DNA of 30,737 nucleotides, taken from NCBI GenBank assembly GCA_964354115.1, contig CAYGYP010000001.1, positions 1 through 30,737 of the forward strand. The letters are read 5' to 3'. The position numbers and the translations under genes are program-made. The DNA is from an uncultured Candidatus Bathyarchaeia archaeon (lineage in GTDB: Archaea; Thermoproteota; Bathyarchaeia; Bathyarchaeales; Bathycorpusculaceae). A model generated the notes under the pieces. That model was not told the origin of the DNA. It did not search any database and worked only from the letters and a program-made list of their open reading frames with translations. Each line of letters starts with the position of its first letter. The stretch's first letter is position 1. Shown piece by piece: positions 1-8,100 of the stretch.

Positions 1-224
1 GAGATCGTGTTGAATTCGAAGGGAGTGCCTCCCGCTGCCCTGACCCCTACCTTTACAGCTTCGGCTATCTTCCTCAGACCAACATGGCCCGGCACAATCT
101 CGTTCCACGAATTCACAACAGCGACCCAAGGCTTCCCAATTTCCTCTGTCGAAAGGCCTAAAGACCTCAGCAAGGACCGATGCGCCGTCCTCAAAACTCC
201 TTTCTTGACATCATCACTTCTCAT
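1..224 (-). CDS. ilvD: Dihydroxy-acid dehydratase (IlvD/Edd family), N-terminal part; runs off the left edge
   Basis: Manual translation of the minus strand from ATG at 224 gives [74 protein letters not shown]. This matches the IlvD N-terminus (RS..KKG..R..HRSLL..LG, NS.NEIVPGH, AGG.P.EF.TI). It is not in the ORF track because no stop codon lies in the window. Confidence 0.85.
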   Translation of the reverse strand, partial: MRSDDVKKGVLRTAHRSLLRSLGLSTEEIGKPWVAVVNSWNEIVPGHVGLRKIAEAVKVGVRAAGGTPFEFNTI

Positions 225-409
225 GTCTGTTTACTTCCTGATTTCGAAAAACAATGATGCGAAGAGCCCTTATATTCTTGTAGGACACCTTCTCGAGTTT
301 TCAGGATTTTCAATACACCAAAAAAAGGGTCATGTAAGATGCAGTGGTATGATATCTATAATCTCGGAAGCTCGTGTGAACCGAAAAAGGCATATTTGAG
401 GTTTAGCTC

Positions 410-441
410 TTTAAAATAAAAACTCATCTTCGAAAAGGTGA
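410..441 (+). promoter_or_regulatory. Putative archaeal TATA box (TTTAAAAT, 410-417) and Shine-Dalgarno (GGTGA, 437-441) for the GH2 gene
   Basis: TTTAAAAT lies 36 nt and GGTGA 5 nt upstream of ATG 446; spacing fits archaeal promoter and RBS conventions. Confidence 0.5.
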
Positions 442-445
442 TACG

Positions 446-2221
446 ATGAAGGTTCCGCGACCTGAACATCCGCGCCCAGATTTCGAGAGGACGGACTGGG
501 TAAACCTTAACGGCGAATGGCAGTTCGAGATTGACGCAGGAAAAAGCGGGATTGAAAAGAGGTGGTCTGCTGGGAAAGAATTTTCAAAGACCATAATCGT
601 CCCTTTCCCCCCGGAGAGTTCTTTCTCAGGCGTCAACAGTAAGGACTTTATGGAGTCGGTGTGGTACAGACGTTACTTCGATATTCCTGCCAACTGGCTG
701 GACGAACGTGTTTTGCTGAATTTCGGAGCCGTCGACTACGAGGCAACCGTGTGGGTCAATGGTCAGCAAGTCTGTTTTCACAAGGGCGGATATACACCTT
801 TTACGTGCGACATAAGCAGCGTGGCAAAAGACAAAGACAACGAGCTCGTAGTCCATGCGAAGGACGAGTGCCGAAGCGGATTGCAACCAACAGGAAAACA
901 AAGCCATCGTTTACATTCCCACAGTTGCTTGTACACCCGTGTCACTGGCATCTGGCAGACTGTGTGGTTTGAACACGTCCCTCGACTCTACATCTCATCG
1001 TTCCGTTTGACTACTGACACATATAATGGAAGAGTCTATAATCAAGTCTTCGCTAAAGGTCAAATGGGGCAATACAACTTCTCCTTAACCGCATATGACG
1101 GAGACGAAAGTGTCGCAGAAGCCAACAGTTCATTTTTCACATCCCTAGCTGAAACAATGCTGGGTGTTCCGCATCCGAAGTTGTGGTCACCCGAAGACCC
1201 TCACCTATACGAGTTAAGGGTGAAACTGACTGACGAAAACGGAGCCGTCGACTCGGTCAAGTCCTATTTTGGCTTAAGAGATGCTCACTTGGACGGCAAT
1301 CAGTTTCTGCTTAACAATAAAACCCGTTTCCTCAGGACAGTCCTGGATCAAGGATACTACCCTGAAGGAATCTACACGGCACCTTCAGACGAAGCTCTTA
1401 GGCGCGACATAGAAATCTCCAAAGCCATGGGATTCGACGGCGCGAGACTTCACCAGAAGGTCTTCGACCCCCGTTTCCTTTACTGGGCTGACAAACTCGG
1501 ATACCTCGTGGTCAGCGAGTTCCCAGATTGGGGCGCTAACCTTCATAAAAGCCGTACGAGAGATGCGTTTCTCGACGAGTGGACTGAGGTCATAGGGCGT
1601 GATTTCAACCACCCATGCATCGTCATGTGGTTACCCTTCAACGAGAAGATATTCAACGTCGGAGATCCGCACGCGGACTTCATTAGAAGGGTAGTAAAAC
1701 TGACCAAGATTCTCGACCCGACGAGACCTATAGTTGATTCAAGCGGGTACACCCATATTGAGACAGACGTCTACGACCTTCATGACTACGAACAAAACGT
1801 AGAGGTCTTCAGAGACCATTATATAAAGCTCAAGGCTCTTTGCGAGAAATCTACAAAGAAGCCTGTGACGATTGATTGGCGGAAAACACAGCCAAATCTG
1901 CAAATGAACACACCTTACAGGGGTCAGCCCATCATTGTAAGCGAGTATGGCGGAATCTGGTGGCATCCTAATGACGCGGACAAGGGCAGTTGGGGGTACG
2001 GCGAAAGACCGAAGACGCTTGAGGAGCTTATTAGTAGATACGAATTTTTGACAAAGACCTTGCTTTCCATTCCTGAAATTGCGGGCTTCTGCTACACACA
2101 GCTCTATGATGTTGAACAGGAGACGAATGGATTATACACTTATGACAGAAGACCAAAGGTCAAGACAGAATCGATATACAGAATCAACAAGCAAAAAGCA
2201 ATGATCGAAAAAGCGACATAA
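446..2221 (+). CDS. Glycoside hydrolase family 2 (beta-galactosidase/beta-glucuronidase-like), 591 aa, no signal peptide
   Basis: PRP..R..W.NLNGEWQF start, LNFGAVDYEATVWVNG, HKGGYTPF, TGIWQTVW, PKLWSPEDPHLY, LDQGYYPEG, RLHQKV; acid/base motif WLPFNE and nucleophile motif VSEYGG. Confidence 0.92.
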   Translation: MKVPRPEHPRPDFERTDWVNLNGEWQFEIDAGKSGIEKRWSAGKEFSKTIIVPFPPESSFSGVNSKDFMESVWYRRYFDIPANWLDERVLLNFGAVDYEATVWVNGQQVCFHKGGYTPFTCDISSVAKDKDNELVVHAKDECRSGLQPTGKQSHRLHSHSCLYTRVTGIWQTVWFEHVPRLYISSFRLTTDTYNGRVYNQVFAKGQMGQYNFSLTAYDGDESVAEANSSFFTSLAETMLGVPHPKLWSPEDPHLYELRVKLTDENGAVDSVKSYFGLRDAHLDGNQFLLNNKTRFLRTVLDQGYYPEGIYTAPSDEALRRDIEISKAMGFDGARLHQKVFDPRFLYWADKLGYLVVSEFPDWGANLHKSRTRDAFLDEWTEVIGRDFNHPCIVMWLPFNEKIFNVGDPHADFIRRVVKLTKILDPTRPIVDSSGYTHIETDVYDLHDYEQNVEVFRDHYIKLKALCEKSTKKPVTIDWRKTQPNLQMNTPYRGQPIIVSEYGGIWWHPNDADKGSWGYGERPKTLEELISRYEFLTKTLLSIPEIAGFCYTQLYDVEQETNGLYTYDRRPKVKTESIYRINKQKAMIEKAT

Positions 2222-2372
2222 TTTTCAAGAAAGCCCTAGCCTTTTTAGAACACGCAACTTCACGAGAGTGTCTCCTCGCAGTTCAAAGGCATAGTGTAAG
2301 GAAATCAACCATTTTCAAATATACATTGTCAACTTGCTAAATATTGGGAGTGGTGACAAAAACTGCGAATCA

Positions 2373-3491
2373 TCAGGAACCGTCGACAGTTCCATCGGAA
2401 GACGACGAGTTTGTCAAATATCCCCAAAGTGCGTAGTAAGCAGGCTTAGCGTGGTACGAAGAGTCGAAGATCAGGGCTGAGTCGTACCCATGGAAAAAAG
2501 ACGGGATCCACGAATATCGGTCGGTGAATCCCCACATCATAAACGCCTTGCAGTTGTCGGCATCGAGGCAAACCTCAAACAGTTCCTTGTATATGCACGC
2601 CTGCTCCGCAAGCTTCTCTTCAGTGACAGGAAGCTCCAACCTCACATCCAGTTCGGTTATGTGGACGTCAAGACCGAGATTCGATAAACGAGCCATGTTC
2701 TCGGCAACCTCCTGCGGACTCGGTGAGTTTTCCAGACTTACGTGCATCTGAAAACCCACGCCGTTTATGGGCACGCCTCTGTCTATGAGACCAGTGATTA
2801 AATCGTAGATTGCGTTTGACTTCTGGTTCATGCCTTCTCCTCCGTAATCATTGTAGAACAGGAGCGCATCCGGATCAGCCTCATGCGCCCAGCGGAACGC
2901 GAGGTCTATGTATTCTGGACCAATGTTGCGCAGCCAGACCGTGTCTCTCAGAGAACCATCGTCATTGACAGCTTCGTTGACAACGTCCCAAGCGTATATC
3001 CTTCCTCGGTATCGGCTCACGATGGTCGTAATATGGTCATGAAGGATGTCAACCCATTCTTCGCGAGAGAAACTTCCCGCGGTGATCCACCAAGGAAGCT
3101 GTTTGTGCCAAACGAGCGTGTGACCGCGTACTTTCATGTTGTGTGCTTCAGCAAACGAGACGATGGCATCAGCGTCGTCGAAGGAATAGAAGTTTTTTGC
3201 CGGATGTATCGACTCAAACTTCATGGCGTTCTCTGCTGTCAGTATGCTGAATTCGCGACTAAGGGTCTCCGCGTACAGAATCTCGTTCCTTAAGGGAGCT
3301 GTAGAAACCGCTGCTCCGATTAGAATGCCACGCGCGTCAGCGAGAGACCGTAAAGATGGCATGTTATCTTCCACATCTTCCCCTTGAGACTGTATTCCGT
3401 ATATACGTTGTAGAGTAATGAAGCACCCAAAAAATAATCCAATAACTAATACTATGAGACTCCCGATCAGCATGCCTTTTCTTAGGGACAA
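2373..3491 (-). CDS. Endo-1,4-beta-xylanase, glycoside hydrolase family 10, with N-terminal signal/membrane anchor, 372 aa
   Basis: GH10 motifs TAENAMKF, RGHTLVWH.Q.P.W, WDVVNEA (acid/base Glu), LFYNDY, GVGFQMH, HITELDV (nucleophile Glu), WGFTDRYSW. Hydrophobic N-terminus GMLIGSLIVLVIGLFFGCFITL. TTG start preceded by GGGAAAGG. Confidence 0.95.
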   Translation of the reverse strand: MSLRKGMLIGSLIVLVIGLFFGCFITLQRIYGIQSQGEDVEDNMPSLRSLADARGILIGAAVSTAPLRNEILYAETLSREFSILTAENAMKFESIHPAKNFYSFDDADAIVSFAEAHNMKVRGHTLVWHKQLPWWITAGSFSREEWVDILHDHITTIVSRYRGRIYAWDVVNEAVNDDGSLRDTVWLRNIGPEYIDLAFRWAHEADPDALLFYNDYGGEGMNQKSNAIYDLITGLIDRGVPINGVGFQMHVSLENSPSPQEVAENMARLSNLGLDVHITELDVRLELPVTEEKLAEQACIYKELFEVCLDADNCKAFMMWGFTDRYSWIPSFFHGYDSALIFDSSYHAKPAYYALWGYLTNSSSSDGTVDGS

Positions 3492-3670
3492 ACCTTTCCC
3501 CTTTTTGAGACAATGAGTCTATTGCACGTATTTAGGTTTTTGTTAGAAATGACCAAACAGGATTCATGAAAGAAATTGTGGCTTTTCTTGAATGTATTAT
3601 AAAATTTTAATACCTAATTATCGGTGAGTATGCTTTATCATGCAATAACACATAAAGGAGACAAAGGTGG

Positions 3671-4972
3671 ATGAACAAGGTTGACGAAGTGAAAAGGAAT
3701 ATTACCGAACGCCTTAACGACATGAAGTGGGTCGACAACCACGAGCATCTTTCGTCTCCATTTCTTCCGGAAGCCACGTTCGAAATGGACCTTCCATACT
3801 TCTTGACTCACGCGTACCTGTTTGCAGACCTGACTTCATCTGGAATGCCTGAGGTTTTCCTTACTCCAGAAAAATACAAGTACCTTGAGAAGCCATTTGG
3901 CGAAGACCAGTCTGAGCAACGATGGAAGGAACTGAAGCCCTACATCGAGAAGGTTCGGAATACAATTTATTACAGGTACCTCCTCATCGCTCTCCGCGAC
4001 CTTTACGGGCTTGAGGACGATGAAATTGACGATTCGAACTGGAAGGAAATCTCAGAGCGTATCCGCGAGAAAAGCAAGAATCACCTAGAATTGTCATTAT
4101 CAATCCTCGACAGAATGAAGGTGCACAGGATCATCTTGGACATCAGTGGAACGAACCTTCCGAACAACAAGATCGTTAAAGACGAAAGACTCGTCCAAGT
4201 CGTAAGGATGGACGAATTCATCTACGCTGGACCAACCTACATGAGTATAATCAAGAACTTCACGGACGAAAAGGTCCACTCATTCGACGATTACACCAAC
4301 GTCGTCGACACGGCGTTCAAGGCAGCGAAAAAGGCGGGGGCAGTTGCCATTAAGTCGACAATGGCCTATATTCGCTCTCTCAATTTCGATAATGTCGGGA
4401 GGGCAGACGCTGAAAAAGTCTTCAACAGGGATTTAGACAAGGTCGGCCAAGATGAGAAAAAGGTGTTCCAGGACTATATGATGCACCTTATGTGCCAAAA
4501 GTGCGCAGAATACAAATTTCCTCTACAAATCCATACCGGAATTCAAGCTGGCAATTATAATACTATAACTAATGCCAGACCGACCCTTTTAACTAACCTT
4601 TTCCAGAAATACCCAGACGTCCGGTTCGACCTATTCCACGCGGGATATCCATACATACAAGAAGCAGCGATTCTAGCCAAATACTTCCCAAACGTGTATC
4701 TGGATGCCTGCTGGCTCGCGCACATTTCACCAGCAGCTTACAAGAGAGGACTGAACGAATGGCTGGAGGTCGTTCCATCCAACAAAATCTTTGCTTGGGG
4801 CGGCGACCACGGCATTCTGGATCACAGCTACGCCTCCTTGAAGATGACTAAAGGACTTATTTCAGAGGTCTTGGCGACGAAGGTGGCTACTGGATACTTC
4901 AGCGAAAAAGTTGCTTTATCGGTTGCGGAAAGAATTGTCGGCGGAAACGCCATCGAGTTCTATGGATTCTGA
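3671..4972 (+). CDS. Amidohydrolase-superfamily metal-dependent TIM-barrel protein (uronate isomerase/Amidohydro_2-like), 433 aa
   Basis: HxH metal motif DNHEH, plus QIHTG, DLFHAGYP, VYLDACW and WGGDH; purine-rich RBS (AAGGAG/AAGGTGG) upstream. Confidence 0.75.
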   Translation: MNKVDEVKRNITERLNDMKWVDNHEHLSSPFLPEATFEMDLPYFLTHAYLFADLTSSGMPEVFLTPEKYKYLEKPFGEDQSEQRWKELKPYIEKVRNTIYYRYLLIALRDLYGLEDDEIDDSNWKEISERIREKSKNHLELSLSILDRMKVHRIILDISGTNLPNNKIVKDERLVQVVRMDEFIYAGPTYMSIIKNFTDEKVHSFDDYTNVVDTAFKAAKKAGAVAIKSTMAYIRSLNFDNVGRADAEKVFNRDLDKVGQDEKKVFQDYMMHLMCQKCAEYKFPLQIHTGIQAGNYNTITNARPTLLTNLFQKYPDVRFDLFHAGYPYIQEAAILAKYFPNVYLDACWLAHISPAAYKRGLNEWLEVVPSNKIFAWGGDHGILDHSYASLKMTKGLISEVLATKVATGYFSEKVALSVAERIVGGNAIEFYGF

Positions 4973-4992
4973 TCCTTCGAATCTTGTGAAGT

Positions 4993-5004
4993 CTCCTTTT
5001 TTCC
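4993..5004 (+). terminator. Putative archaeal T-tract terminator
   Basis: CTCCTTTTTTCC about 20 nt after the stop codon at 4972. Confidence 0.35.
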
Positions 5005-5112
5005 AAGAAGGTAAAGCTTAAGATAAAAAAGGCGCGAGATCCAAGAGGACCAAGTGAAGGCATCATGTCTTACTAATAACTGAATTCAGCAATACCTCAA
5101 GGGATTGGAGAG

Positions 5113-8100
5113 TCACTTGTACGGTTTGTTGATGTAATCTTGCCGCGTCTTCGGATTCAGGACGCGCCATTCGAAGGCTCGTTTCCTGAGGATGTCGACA
5201 AACATTGGAACAGCCTTCTTCCAATGGTTCAGTTCTCCCGACGTGCGTGTAATCGAAATGCTTAGGTGCCATTTGTCGTCTTCAGTCAATGCCATGATCA
5301 ATCTTACGTCTATGTGTATGCCTTTCGGGAAAGGCTTTATCTGTGCAGAGGAGGAAAAAACCTTCGCAGGCATCCCATTCAGGGAAACATCTTCGCACGT
5401 GACTTGCCTGCGTAACAGGAAGTCTCCGACTATCTCTGATGAAATGTTCTTCTCCATGAAATCTTTCATGAACATCAATATGCCTCGGGCGTCCTTTTCG
5501 TCTTCAGTGGCAAGCGGTATGGGGATTTCCCAGAGGTCGCCCTGGGCTTCCGTCGTGAGCTTCCACTTTCTGCTCAACGAGGGGGTCACTAACTTTGATG
5601 CCATAAGCAGCGGGTAAAGGGTAGAGGTTATAGTAATCAACGGGGACGAGATCAGAACCACGAAAACGTATGTTGATGTATAGTTTAGAGGAAAGTCGCT
5701 GGGGAAGAAACCGAATGTGCTCATGAGATTAATTGAGACTGTCCCGATTGCATACGCGATCACAGAAGACATGAACCCATACACTATGGCCTCTACAAGG
5801 AAAATCGTGGATATCTGAGTCGGATTCAGACCCAAAGTGCTAAGCGTGGCCATGTCTCTTTTTCGTTCATAAACGTTGGCGATCATCGTATTCAGGACGA
5901 TCAGAACACCGATTATGTAGGGCAGGAGAATAAACTGGAATCCAGACACAGATATGCTGCCCAGATAACTGTAAAATTCCGTTTCACTGGCCGATTCGAT
6001 ACCCGTGAAGATGACGATATTAAAGGCGTTAGTCAAGTCGATAGCGATGTCAGGCATCACTTGCGACGTTTTCTCGTTGAAGAAAATCGATATTGTAAAG
6101 AATTTACCACCAACGTTGAGTGATAGATCAAGAGGAAGTATCAAAACCGATCCCCCAGGAATACGACCAGCTTCCCCTTTCTGAGGATTATAAGGCATTA
6201 TTCCCCATCCATCCATTTCATTTTTCGAATTTGCTTGGTTACTGTCAAAAATGCCCACGATTTTAAGTGGATTACCTAAACAAATCACCGTGTCACCGAT
6301 GCCAACCTCTAAGGAATTAGCCATCTGGTCGGGAATGATGCAGCTTAAGTAATCATCTTCCTCGAACTGCCTCCCCTCCGTTAAAATTGAAAATATTTCT
6401 AGGTCGGCAGATTCCACTCCGAGAATGCCGTTGATGTAGTACCTCTTCGAAAGGTCTTCTGAATAAATTGGTTCACCCGTTCCCATATCCTTTGGGTACC
6501 ACCACACCCTCGGGGCGAAAACGCTTATACCAATGGTTTTGTCGTTGATGAACTGAATAAATTCTGGGTCAAGACTCTTGTAAGTGTAGTCTCGCATGTA
6601 CATTCCAGTATACGGTGGCGATGCCGCCCGAGTTGTTGCCCGTGCTCCCGGTGATGGCACAATCGTCGTGAACGCAATCAAGCTGACAACGATTATCACG
6701 AGCGAGAAAAAGGTCAAGATTGTCCGCAACCGGCGTTTCTTCATTTGAAGTATGCTGTAGGAAAAGACCGCCCCTATAAAATTCGATGTGCTCATTTGTT
6801 CAACGAGTTCGGAATGGGTCATTCTCTTGAGCTTGTTTGCAGCATCTTTAAGGATGCTACCTAGAAAGAAGTAGATTGGACTAATCAAGACGACCATAAC
6901 GAAGCCTATCAGGATAAAGTATACTGAGTATGCTATGTGAAGACCTGGGTGAAAGAAGTATAAGGCAGTGGCTAAAACCGTGAATGTAGTAACCATCACT
7001 ATAACCTTATTTCTCGGCGATCTGAATGAAAAAAGGATTTTTTCAAAAATGAAAGCGAACGGTAGCAGCATGACAAAATACGATACCGTAGTGTAGGCTA
7101 CGTCTTGGAGGATACCTTTCGTCATCCCATAGACTCTTTTCTCTAAACCCCAAGCCTCAAGTGAAGCGGAAATGGCTTGTGAGTAATTCTTTGCGTCAAT
7201 GGCATCAAAAGCCTTTTCTAAAGCCTCCCTGGCGTCTTTGTGGAATATTTCAGAGCCTGTGTAAAGGTTGTACTGCCGAGTAACGCTTAATCTATCTTCG
7301 TTTAACCAGAACAAATCCTCAGCAGATTGAAGAAGTGTGATACCCAATGAACTCCCCGTACTGACTCTATAGCCAGCCCCCTTAGGATTAGTTTCACTTG
7401 CGTTCAGGATTACTCCCAAAAAGTTATCTTTCTCATAGAAGCTAACTTTTACGGAGATCCCTTCTTTAGCGAAGATCATTGCGACTCGGTTTTCGACGCA
7501 ATAACCATAATGATTAGGCTCAACGTCGCCTACGGAATTAAATATCTCAACTTTTATTTGTCGTTCCTCAGAAACAGAAGATTGTCCAGAAGCAATTAAT
7601 GCGGATTCGACTTGCTGTATACTAAATAAATGTTGAGGTCCTACGCAGTCATACACGACTAGACTGCCGCACTCAAACACAATGAATTGCCGAGGAAAAC
7701 TGAGAGTACCAAGTTGTACATTGGGCATAATTTCACTGGTAGAGAACGTTCCTGCGCCGTACATGCCCAAATCCGTGGCGTACACAATGTTGCCTTCATC
7801 TTCTACGACATAAGCCTCAACACTCACAGGAGAGAGGGCCTTGATTCCAGGCACAACGAAAACACCATTCTCATCCGCCTTAACGATAGCCCAGCTTCTA
7901 TATTGAAGAAGTCCAACGAAATTCACATAAACTAAGGCATTTGGAACTGGTTTATACCCCCCGGTGTTGATATCGTACTCAGCAATCTCACCTACCAATG
8001 CGCCCAATTGCATACCATTCTCAAATGTAGTTCGTGCTTCCTGAATGATGGGTTCCAGGCTGAGGCTGTAAAGGGAGCAGAAAATGTATTCAAGCTGTGG

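Noticed and set aside
7-399. 130-aa plus-strand ORF from the track
   Set aside because: It is the antisense shadow of the minus-strand ilvD-family gene and has no recognisable motif.
5192-5617. 141-aa plus-strand ORF and other short ORFs inside the 1508-aa gene
   Set aside because: Antisense shadows of a well-supported long CDS, with no independent RBS or domain signal.
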